This document shows, piece after piece, positions 37,301 through 46,197 of a stretch of 64,000 nucleotides of DNA (the first letter of the stretch is position 1; each line of letters opens with the position of its first letter). Source of the stretch: a virus; IMG/VR virus record IMGVR_UViG_3300005613_000021, positions 1 through 64,000 of that record; one strand, written 5' to 3'. The notes under the pieces were generated by a model. It was not told the origin of the DNA, did not search any database, and saw nothing but the letters and a program-made list of their open reading frames with translations. Made by a program: the position numbers and the translations under genes.

Positions 37301-40300
37301 CAAGAACAAATAGCTGTCGGAACATCCCAAGAGACGCTCTCTGCACAAAGATCATTAGTATTAGAAATGAGAGGATTTAATGCTTATTTAAGCACTTTGG
37401 GAGGATATTTAGGAGATAATCAACAAGCACAAGAAAATCTCGCTAATGCAATTAGAGGCATTAATGAAGTAAGAGCACAAGAAAGTGCTAGAGAGTTTGC
37501 GGGAGTGGCAGATTCAATTACTCAACTTGTAGAACAAAGACTAAAAGCAGGTATTGGTATTGATCAGATAATAGACAGTCAACAATTTAAATCTTTCAGC
37601 GAGGCTTTGGCAAGAGCAAATCCGCAAGTCGAAAAATTTATTTTAAATACACAAGCAAATACATCATTATCAGCAGAAGAAAAAAAACAAAGAATAGATA
37701 GAGTAGTAGCTCAAAGAGCAGAAATAGAAATTATACAAAGAACTGCAGCTTTTAGACAACAAATAGAGATAGATAATGCCGAAAAAATTGGTAGAAATTT
37801 AGAAACTATTTTGAGTAGAGTGTTCAATAGTTTTGAACAAATATTTAATCGTACTGCTTTAGATATAGGAAGATCTTTTGATATAATAAATACAGACATT
37901 GCTGCGTTGTCTGGTAACGCCTCTATAGGTCTTGGACAAGATAGAGGCTCTAATATTCTTTCTAATCCTTCAGCATATAGTAAACGAGAATTCAATTTGG
38001 TTGTCAGCGGACTTAAGCCCATACTGGGAGACCAGGCAGAAACAATAGCTGGCTTGGCTAGGGGTTCTGTTTCATTAGAAGCAGGAATAATATCTGCAAT
38101 AAATAGAGTTGTAAAAGAAAATCCACAAGCTACTGATACTGCTGTTGCAAGATTGGTAGGTCAAGAAATATCAAATCTGGTTACTGAATTAAATCTACCT
38201 CCAGATGTAGCAAGGACTTTATCAGATCAAATTAGCGCAGGTCTACAGAAATTAAGAAGTAAGGGTAAAGACCAAATAGGATTAGATTCCCAAGATGTCA
38301 GAGAAAGCGTATCTGGTTTCGCCAGCACAATAGACGCACTAAAGGGATCACTGAACACACTATTATCTGCACAAAAAATATATCAGTCAGGATTAGAACA
38401 ATATACCAAGGTATTAAATAATATTACAGGAATTTTAGCACAAAGAAATCAGTATGTTTCAAAGAGTTTGGAAATTCTTGCTCAGGGAGCCATTAATCTG
38501 GACGAAGCTTTTGGTAGGATATATAGTGCTAGAGATATTAGCATACAACAAGAGAAAAGCATAGAAAGACAAACATTTGGTCTGTCAGATCCTGATGAAA
38601 TTTTTAACAAAATTATAGATTTAAATTCTAGAAGACAATTATTACAAACTAATTTACAGTCAGCACAAGATCAGGGGCCAGCTAGTTTTGCTCAGTTTAG
38701 AGACCTTAGTGTTGAGTTAGTTAACACCAATGTCGAATTAAATAATATGCAGCAGGCTTTACAAACTCTTGCTGACAGTTCTAATGTAGCTCAAGCAGCA
38801 CTTTCTGAAATATCTAGAGTTCAACAACAAAGACAGCAGCAAGCTGGATTTTTGGAAAGTTTGGTTTCTTCTACTCCAGAACAGATAACAGCTCTTAATC
38901 AGGCATATGCTGACTTACAAAGACTTCTTTCTGGCCAAAGTAATACTATTTATACAAGCATAGAAGCTCAAAGAACATACGCCCAAACATTGAGACAAAC
39001 AAGAAGTACATTCCAAGCCCAAGAAGCTGCACAGGGAGTATTAGCACAAGAAAGAGGCAACGTAACGTCTTTAGTTAAAGAATTAGCTCCATTTCTTGGT
39101 TCTTCACAAGAAGCGAATAATTTAAGGGCAGAAGTTTTAGCAAGGCAAGTCAATCAATTGGGAATGTTAACTCCACAATTTTCTAGAATAATTGAGTCTA
39201 TTAGAAATCCTGAAGGAGATCCACAGCTACAAGAAGCTATTAGAGTTTATAGAGAGGCCGTTACTGAGCAGTCTAGGGCAAATCAATTACTTGGGCAGAT
39301 TCAAGCTATTAATGCTAGGATGGCTGAGCAAAATAGCGCACAAGCAGTGGTAAATGGTCTTGCTAAAACAGTTCTTACTGTGAACGTTAATAATGCTGGA
39401 GACATAGCAGCGGCCATTCAACCTGCTGTATTACCTCAACCAATAGTTCCTCAAGGAAGAGCTAGTGGCGGTGTTATATACGCAGCTGCTGGACAACAAG
39501 TAGAAATGAAGTCCAGAGGGACAGATACAGTACCGGCGATGTTAACACCTGGAGAATTTGTTGTTAATAGACAGGCAACAGCAAAGAACAGAGGATTATT
39601 AGAAAGTATTAATAGCGGCAAAACACAATACTATCAATATGGAGGTTTTGTAAGCAATCTGTTTGATGCAAATCAACCCAGAGGAAAAACAGAAAAAGTT
39701 CCTGCCCTAGAACAATGGCAACAATTAGCTCAGGGAGTCAGAACCGCACCTAAACTTTTTACTGCTAGTAGTTTTGTTAATTTTGACAGAGCCCAAAACA
39801 TTACAGTTGAAGACACTCTTCCTCAAACACAGGGCAATTCAACCTTAAATGATATACAAGACTTAAAAACTTTTATATATAAACAATTTAAAAATGATTC
39901 AAATATTCTTCCAGGACGCGTTTCTGATATAGTGGTAGAAAAAGCAGGAAAATTTGATGCTAACTTACCTAGTACTGTCGCTGATTTTGGTACAGCTAGC
40001 AAAATTGCAAAAGCAGCCATAGAAATAAATCCAAATATAAAAAGCATAAAGGATTTTCCTGACTTTGGTTTCGGCATAGAAAGAAAAGTAGACACAGCTT
40101 CTCCTTTAGTTAGGCAAATATCTCAAAAAACAAATATTCCTATACAAAATATTCTTGATTATATTGGGACCAGAAGTACAAGATATCCATATCTTGATAG
40201 CTTGATGCTTGGGGCCAGTCCAGAAGATTATATCAATATATATCCACAATCTAAAGGAGCCGCATCAGCAACAGAAGTGAGTGCTATTAGGAGGGGTTTG

Positions 40301-43300
40301 TATGGTGTTGATACAAGAAACACCAATCTTTCACCATCACAAAACTTAAACGAACAGACATATCCAGAATACAATAAAAAATTTAACAGCTTTAGATTGG
40401 TGAAACCTAATTTGAATGGTATTGATATAAATTCTTCTCCACCTACTAATGCGTTTGCAGATTCTTGGAATATTACTGGCAAGAACTATGGTCTATATTC
40501 ATCTATAGGTCCGATACAAGCGGAACCATTTGGACCAAAGGTGACCTCTAAACCAAGAGATTTTATTAGACGTGGAAGCATAAGTATTAGCGGTAATGGT
40601 TCTAGCGGTGAAGTATTTGAAGGAACAAGAGTGATTGGAGATGATTTATTAAAAAGAAGTAAAAATATCTACGATAGATATATTGACACCAAAGAAATAT
40701 TAAAAAATGGAGTCGCAGAAGATCCTGAAGTAGAATCATTTATAAAAGAGTTAGAGTCCTTGTATAGTGGAGAAACACCATTTTCACCATTAAATGCTAA
40801 ATTTTTTAATGATAAAAGAACTCCTATTATGGGTTTAAGTTCCTCTGTCTATAGAAGTTTTAACAGATTGGCGCAAGAAGACAAATTATCGGCTGCGATT
40901 CGTTGGCCTCTTGGTTTGAATGGTAATTTTAAAACACTTGGCTTAATAAGAAACGAAGAACAAATAGATCGCTTGAAATCTCAAACAGATTTAATTAAAA
41001 AAGAGATAGCCGATGAAGAAAAGTCTAAATTTTCTATAGTCAATAAAACTGCTAAAATACCTTTTAAGGCTGTTACCCCAATAGATAAAAGACTGGCTAA
41101 TTTTCCTGCTTTTACAAATATTGATTTTAGCGTTCCATATAAAGAATATTCCGGTAATCTGTATGACGAAATACAAGGTTTATATGACGATAAAAAAAAT
41201 AAAGCGATAATTCCTAATTATGAAAATTATAGAAGTTTCTTAAAGGGTGACTCCAATAATGATCTGCTATATGGAAATTTACAGGCTTACTTAGGCAATA
41301 TATTTAATAACTTAAATAATAATAGATCCGAAATCTCAGAATATTTATTTTCAGATAATGCCAAGCTAAATACTAAATTGTTTAGGCTTGCCTCTGTAGG
41401 ATATAAAGGATCATCTAAGCCTAACATTTATTCTTTTGGTACAAAAGGATTATTTACTAGAGACTTTGCTGCTACAGATAATTTAGCTAGAGACATCGAT
41501 AAAAAGAAAGACAAATTATTAAAACCAGCACCATTTGAAAAACCTATAGAACAGAAAGCTGAAGACGAATTTGCGGTAAAACAATATAATGATATGTTTA
41601 CAGATACTAGGGGTTATTTTGGTAGAGCCCCAAGTTTCAGGCAATATGTTAGAACTGGTGGAGCAGGTATAGCTAGAGATATCCAAGAAGCAAAAAAATA
41701 TTCTCAAGGTCTATCTGGACAATTCTTAGTTAGTACAAATAATGGCAATCTTGCATTGCCAATTAGAGCTATGTCATCAGGTTTTTCTGAAGCATTTGCT
41801 AGTGTTGGAACAGGCAAACTTTCTCCTTGGACTGATAGAATTGGAAGAGTAAATACGGCAGCTGCTGCTGCAAGCTTTGGTCAGTCATATTGGCTGCAGA
41901 ATTTTGCTGGTGCTGAGGGCGTTGACCTAGAACAACAATCAGACCCTAATGTTGTGGAAAGAGCACAGAGGGCTATCGAAGGAAATCCTAAAACTCCAAC
42001 TACTATCAAAGAGTGGTTTGATTTGTATATGGATCCATATCTGAAATATAACCAAAGAGGCATTAGAACTAAAGGATTATCTAATATATATCGCAGCATG
42101 GTGGATCAGTCATATTATGAAAAGAAGAGGAGAGGACCCGTCCCTAGTGCTCAAGAAGCGGCAGCATATTTTACTAATCTTGGATCATGGTATGATGGAA
42201 TCAGAAGGTGGCCTGGACAAGATGGAATAGTTGAAGATCTTGATGGAGAAAAAGATATCAAAGAAAGAGCAAGATATCTTTATAGGAATAGTAAAAACTT
42301 TACAGGGGGTCTTTATAATACAGCAAATAGATCACATTTAAGTTTGGGTGGAGGTATTTATGGGGGTTTGCCTACATTCAACCAGATATCGCTGATTAAT
42401 GGAGTTAATCCACGAATAATGCAGCAGGTGATGAATGAGGGTGTTGCTGCACAGGCACAGTTACTATCGCGGGGAGGAGAAGTTGACCCACTATATCTTG
42501 CAGAAGGTGGGCCGGTATTACTTGATAAGGCATTAAAACAACAGGCCATATCTCAACAGAAACAAACATATAACCCATTTGCTGGTCCGTCTTCTGAAGA
42601 CAGATATAGAGAAGAATTACTACTCCAAAGACAAAGACGAGAAGAACAAATAGCAGAGTTAAGAGCATCTACTCCATTTACTAAAGCAATACAAAGAGCA
42701 CCTAAAGATGCATTTGGCAACACAACAATAGCACCAAATGCTACTATTAATGATAGTATTAGAAATATACCGGGATTTGGTTTAGACATTCTAGGAACGT
42801 TTCCAGGAATTGTAGGATCATTGGTTACTGGACCAGGAGCAGCAGCAGAACAACTTTCTAATGCTGTAACTGGTGGAGATAGTCAGTTTATGTCTGACAT
42901 GTTTAGATATAATTTAAGCACAGGTACTGCACTAGGACCAAGATTAGCATCTGGTATTTATTCTGAAGATATGATGTCAATGCCAGGATCTTATATTGCT
43001 GGAGGTAGTCAAGAAGATATAGTATCTCAAATGCAGCCAGCATCAAGGGTGGCGGCTACCGCTTTAGACTTTGTAAGTCCAGATATTGGGGATATCCCTA
43101 GAGGTATTAAAACTGCTAGTGCTTTAGGTTCTCTTTTAGGTTTTGTAAAGAAAGCGCCGATACCCAAAATTACTATGCCAGACAGACTTGGTGGATATGT
43201 TGCTGATTTAGAATCTGTCTTAAAAACCAATAAAGGCTTATCATTAGAAGATCAGACTTCTTTGGCTCAAGATATATTTACTCTTAGAAGTAAAATGAAA

Positions 43301-46174
43301 ACAAGAGGTAGAGAGGGAGCCAGGGGGGCTGATCCAGAAATAGATGCTATTTTAAAGAAATATGAAACAAAGCCAGAAATTGAAGCTGGAGATGTTGGAG
43401 GGGCTGGAAAAACACCAGCTATTGATCCACAAGAACTTACTTCAACAGGCAGATACAAGTTAGACACAACAATAGCAGCCCCCAAAAAAGAAATGGCAGC
43501 TCAAACTGGCAAAGCAGAACCACCAGCAGAAATTAAAGAAATTCTTGATCAAGGTAGGCAATTTTACGAATCAAGGAATACAACACCCACAAAAGACACA
43601 TCATTAAACGATGCCATTGTAACACAAAGGGCTGAGGCAATGAGTCCTGAGCTAGAAGAATCAATGCGTCTCGGCCAAGAATTTGCCAAAGAAAGGGCAG
43701 CAAGGCAAACTGAGAATGCTAGCATAGTAGCCGAGGATGCGAATAAAGCAGCCGCACTTAAACAGCAAAGAGAGGAACAAGCTGCACTGAAACAGAAACA
43801 AGATGCGTCAGCAGCTGCACTTAAACAACAAACAGACAGGGAACTATTGCAGTTTGCTAAAGAGCAAAAAATTAACCCTAGAATTCCTCCTGGAGTTGAT
43901 AAAAGAAGATTTGATACTTGGTACAGAGACAGAAATAATCCAGCATATAAAGACGTTAAGAATGCTGTCATTAATGATGTCCTGGCTAGAGCAGAGTTCA
44001 GACAAGCACAAATGGGCGAAGTGCCGAATAGAATACCTGGAGTAGATAGAGATTTATTTGAATATGACTTTGGTGATGTTGTTAAAATAGGTCCTGAACG
44101 TACTGGAACTGTAGGTCTTCAAGCTAGTGCAAATGAGAAAGAATATGCAAAAATTGCTAAAATAATAGCTGAAAAGCAGGGTAGGCCTTTTACTATTATT
44201 CAAGCTAGAGATATGATTGCTGAATCGGTAGGTTTATTGCATTCTGATATGCCTGATTTAGAGCAGTTAGCGAAAAGGGGATTATTCCCATCAAGAGCAG
44301 AAGTTGGAACAACATTGGCTCCTAACCAAGAGCTAGGCAAGCCATTACCATCAAGTCCGCTAGAGGTGTTTGAGCAGATGTTTCCTGAATATAAAGCCAC
44401 AGGAGGAATAGTACAACAACCAAAATATTTAGCTACAGGTGGATCTACCAGTGTGGCTATGACACCAAGAGGAACCGACACTGTTCCAGCGATGCTTACT
44501 CCTGGCGAGTTTGTGGTGAATAGAGAATCCGCCAAAAATAACATGGGTCTGCTTAAGGCTATTAATCGTAGAAAGGGTGGTATAACTCCTACTTATTTAC
44601 AACAGGGTGGAGAATTAACAAAAGATCAGCAAAATTTAGTAAATATGATGGGAATTCCACAATTTAGACTAGCAGACGGAATTAATCCTAGACTACCAGA
44701 AGAAGTAGCTATGGCCAAAAACATAGCTAGCAATACACTCAAACAAGAAAATACTCAAAGAGAAATGATGGGAGATACCCGTTTAGCTGCTCCTCAAATA
44801 GAAGAAATAGTTAGTAATTTCTTTAATAACGCAAACTTATCTCCAAACAACGAATACGGAGAAGTTGGTTTAGACAGCTTAATTGGTGGTTCTAGATCTG
44901 CTATTGGTAGAGAACTAGATATGCAAACAGTATTTAAATACGGAATAAGTAATCTTAGCGATGCCCTATCTACAAGTAGAGGTAGTCCTTTAGGAGAAGT
45001 ATTATCTGATCAAGACAGATTCACAAGAGATCAGATTCAAGCTTTGTTGGAACGTACAGGAATTATGAAAAAATATGTTGCTCCAACATTTAATCTAAAA
45101 AATGGAGGAAAGGTAGAATATTTAAAAGGCGGAGGACAGCTAGTAGATTACAGTCCTAAGGGTACTGATACTGTTCCTGCTATGCTAACTCCTGGCGAGT
45201 TTGTTGTTAATCGTGAAGCAACTCAAAAGAATCTTGGACTATTAAAAGCTATCAATAAAAGTAGTGGTGGTGTGGTTCGTAACGGTGTGTTATATGCTGC
45301 TAACGGAGGTCCAACAATAGATGATACTCGTGCTGAAATTGCTGGACAAAGAGCTTTTGATAATTTGTGGAGCGCTATAACTTCATTAGCTTCGGATATT
45401 GCAGGATTAATGATACCATCTACAGAAGTAACACCAGCCGCCACGGCCACCTCAAGAACAGAAGAGATGATCAGACCATCTGTACAATCTACAGACAATG
45501 ATTGTTGTGATAGGATCATATCAGCTTTAAGAGAAGGTTCTGTGTCAGATATTCAGCCCCCACCTATGGATTTTGGTATGGTTAATCAACCACAGACACC
45601 TATGACAGACGATGGCACTTCTACCAGTATGTCATCTATTGCTTCTGATATTTTTTCAGCAATAAGAGAGAGTTTTTCTCAAACTTCAATCTCAACATCA
45701 ACACCAACAACACCAGTCGAATCTGCTACAAAAGCAGATGCTCCCAGTATTGATTTTAGTCCATTTACCCAAAGTGTAGCAGATTTTAGCAGTGCATCCG
45801 CACCACTAACTTCTGCTATACAAACACTGTCACAAGTCGATTTTGGTGTAATAAACAATGGAGCAGCTAGCCTATTATCTAGTTCTATAGCTCTTGGAGG
45901 ATCTTTTGGTAGATTTAACGAGTCTGTCAATCAATTTTCGCAAAAAACTAATGATTTAATTTCGGCTATAAATGGAATGAGCTTAGATGGTACTATTACT
46001 GTGGGAGGCAATATTTCTGTGCAACCAATGACTGTAAACATTGCTGGATTAGAAGCAATCGAAGCAAGATTACAGGGTTTTGGTGAGTATATAAGCCAAG
46101 CCTTGGCAGCAGGCTTAGCTCAAGCTAATCCAGGATTTGATACGTCCGCAATTACAGTGAGCACTAGTATTTAA
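34304..46174 (+). CDS. Giant tape measure protein (3956 aa) with repeated GEFV/GEYV modules and cargo segments
   Basis: N-terminal TP901-type TMP core (RESAETIATGLRTIFTRI), TM segments, position after tube and chaperones. Confidence 0.9.
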   Translation: MAQGYNLTVQLNIQGPKNLNSVVNNINQKLQNIQATVNVKTSPQTTQALKNIANASKGVKNNADDAANSMEKFGKSAGLAIRRFGAFTAATAGFYAVTRATTQSLEKFIEYDRQLTRIAQVTGTAKESLGNLSNTITQLSTSLGASSSELARVSVILSQAGLSAEQTRQALEALALTTLAPTFSDINQTVEGSIALMKQFDISTKQLEASLGSINAVAGQFAVEAGDIITAIQRTGGVFAAASNGVSQGVDALNEFIAVFTSVRATTRESAETIATGLRTIFTRIQREDTLDALKAFGIELTDLEGKFVGPFQAIQRLSEGLRSLDPRDVKFSGLVEELGGFRQVGKVIPLIQQFTTAQQALNAAQQGSGSLAQDAAIGQQSLGVQISKVQQEFDALIRSIGQTAEFRQFIQLSLDLASALIQITDAVKPLIPALTALGAVGLARGIPSIARGFKKSIGATGYNNGGVVTGSSLNFAGSYNSGGLIGGKPGIDKNIIRASKGEYVIQKPAVDALGTSFLDNLQKNKQVPGYVTGGLVDYPSSRRFVRSSNFTYEKPPGVSITESLQNETPLAFQRFDAVDVDIKNQGFNGKALAEKVSNKNSGKTYLRALESGDYRTRGIAFENVLYDTKQVSYKPEGRNATSRIDNMRGSNFVEIKSVQERVPNEAILDKTIGAIFASRGGIDEMVMQRASRSAVTSKKDILDVGQVSVFYDTTSLRDIQKTKKNKELTSSLKSTAVSKIGNIKSRKLPRAYTGGNQKEGDIRVTRGEYVINKQAAEQIGINRLNELNNAHRNNMAEDLPKFHTGGAIGSIPGYNTGTTVDNVSRDRGIGSTIGLVFALQGAASLFSTSIEEAASQGAAEMGAGIQGAVSGINLGIVGGEIAGFIPGLSKFSGGIGLATAAVAGTASAFIQSKNAAIDFANKLSKQRIEDATQKVSSALDKLSKEANNFNAFRQAVSGIRQSTQEISSVRSRQIESNRLGFANIPEYLLGTTATGERTQEQIAVGTSQETLSAQRSLVLEMRGFNAYLSTLGGYLGDNQQAQENLANAIRGINEVRAQESAREFAGVADSITQLVEQRLKAGIGIDQIIDSQQFKSFSEALARANPQVEKFILNTQANTSLSAEEKKQRIDRVVAQRAEIEIIQRTAAFRQQIEIDNAEKIGRNLETILSRVFNSFEQIFNRTALDIGRSFDIINTDIAALSGNASIGLGQDRGSNILSNPSAYSKREFNLVVSGLKPILGDQAETIAGLARGSVSLEAGIISAINRVVKENPQATDTAVARLVGQEISNLVTELNLPPDVARTLSDQISAGLQKLRSKGKDQIGLDSQDVRESVSGFASTIDALKGSLNTLLSAQKIYQSGLEQYTKVLNNITGILAQRNQYVSKSLEILAQGAINLDEAFGRIYSARDISIQQEKSIERQTFGLSDPDEIFNKIIDLNSRRQLLQTNLQSAQDQGPASFAQFRDLSVELVNTNVELNNMQQALQTLADSSNVAQAALSEISRVQQQRQQQAGFLESLVSSTPEQITALNQAYADLQRLLSGQSNTIYTSIEAQRTYAQTLRQTRSTFQAQEAAQGVLAQERGNVTSLVKELAPFLGSSQEANNLRAEVLARQVNQLGMLTPQFSRIIESIRNPEGDPQLQEAIRVYREAVTEQSRANQLLGQIQAINARMAEQNSAQAVVNGLAKTVLTVNVNNAGDIAAAIQPAVLPQPIVPQGRASGGVIYAAAGQQVEMKSRGTDTVPAMLTPGEFVVNRQATAKNRGLLESINSGKTQYYQYGGFVSNLFDANQPRGKTEKVPALEQWQQLAQGVRTAPKLFTASSFVNFDRAQNITVEDTLPQTQGNSTLNDIQDLKTFIYKQFKNDSNILPGRVSDIVVEKAGKFDANLPSTVADFGTASKIAKAAIEINPNIKSIKDFPDFGFGIERKVDTASPLVRQISQKTNIPIQNILDYIGTRSTRYPYLDSLMLGASPEDYINIYPQSKGAASATEVSAIRRGLYGVDTRNTNLSPSQNLNEQTYPEYNKKFNSFRLVKPNLNGIDINSSPPTNAFADSWNITGKNYGLYSSIGPIQAEPFGPKVTSKPRDFIRRGSISISGNGSSGEVFEGTRVIGDDLLKRSKNIYDRYIDTKEILKNGVAEDPEVESFIKELESLYSGETPFSPLNAKFFNDKRTPIMGLSSSVYRSFNRLAQEDKLSAAIRWPLGLNGNFKTLGLIRNEEQIDRLKSQTDLIKKEIADEEKSKFSIVNKTAKIPFKAVTPIDKRLANFPAFTNIDFSVPYKEYSGNLYDEIQGLYDDKKNKAIIPNYENYRSFLKGDSNNDLLYGNLQAYLGNIFNNLNNNRSEISEYLFSDNAKLNTKLFRLASVGYKGSSKPNIYSFGTKGLFTRDFAATDNLARDIDKKKDKLLKPAPFEKPIEQKAEDEFAVKQYNDMFTDTRGYFGRAPSFRQYVRTGGAGIARDIQEAKKYSQGLSGQFLVSTNNGNLALPIRAMSSGFSEAFASVGTGKLSPWTDRIGRVNTAAAAASFGQSYWLQNFAGAEGVDLEQQSDPNVVERAQRAIEGNPKTPTTIKEWFDLYMDPYLKYNQRGIRTKGLSNIYRSMVDQSYYEKKRRGPVPSAQEAAAYFTNLGSWYDGIRRWPGQDGIVEDLDGEKDIKERARYLYRNSKNFTGGLYNTANRSHLSLGGGIYGGLPTFNQISLINGVNPRIMQQVMNEGVAAQAQLLSRGGEVDPLYLAEGGPVLLDKALKQQAISQQKQTYNPFAGPSSEDRYREELLLQRQRREEQIAELRASTPFTKAIQRAPKDAFGNTTIAPNATINDSIRNIPGFGLDILGTFPGIVGSLVTGPGAAAEQLSNAVTGGDSQFMSDMFRYNLSTGTALGPRLASGIYSEDMMSMPGSYIAGGSQEDIVSQMQPASRVAATALDFVSPDIGDIPRGIKTASALGSLLGFVKKAPIPKITMPDRLGGYVADLESVLKTNKGLSLEDQTSLAQDIFTLRSKMKTRGREGARGADPEIDAILKKYETKPEIEAGDVGGAGKTPAIDPQELTSTGRYKLDTTIAAPKKEMAAQTGKAEPPAEIKEILDQGRQFYESRNTTPTKDTSLNDAIVTQRAEAMSPELEESMRLGQEFAKERAARQTENASIVAEDANKAAALKQQREEQAALKQKQDASAAALKQQTDRELLQFAKEQKINPRIPPGVDKRRFDTWYRDRNNPAYKDVKNAVINDVLARAEFRQAQMGEVPNRIPGVDRDLFEYDFGDVVKIGPERTGTVGLQASANEKEYAKIAKIIAEKQGRPFTIIQARDMIAESVGLLHSDMPDLEQLAKRGLFPSRAEVGTTLAPNQELGKPLPSSPLEVFEQMFPEYKATGGIVQQPKYLATGGSTSVAMTPRGTDTVPAMLTPGEFVVNRESAKNNMGLLKAINRRKGGITPTYLQQGGELTKDQQNLVNMMGIPQFRLADGINPRLPEEVAMAKNIASNTLKQENTQREMMGDTRLAAPQIEEIVSNFFNNANLSPNNEYGEVGLDSLIGGSRSAIGRELDMQTVFKYGISNLSDALSTSRGSPLGEVLSDQDRFTRDQIQALLERTGIMKKYVAPTFNLKNGGKVEYLKGGGQLVDYSPKGTDTVPAMLTPGEFVVNREATQKNLGLLKAINKSSGGVVRNGVLYAANGGPTIDDTRAEIAGQRAFDNLWSAITSLASDIAGLMIPSTEVTPAATATSRTEEMIRPSVQSTDNDCCDRIISALREGSVSDIQPPPMDFGMVNQPQTPMTDDGTSTSMSSIASDIFSAIRESFSQTSISTSTPTTPVESATKADAPSIDFSPFTQSVADFSSASAPLTSAIQTLSQVDFGVINNGAASLLSSSIALGGSFGRFNESVNQFSQKTNDLISAINGMSLDGTITVGGNISVQPMTVNIAGLEAIEARLQGFGEYISQALAAGLAQANPGFDTSAITVSTSI

Positions 46175-46197
46175 CACTATCATAGTAGGTCTTAATT

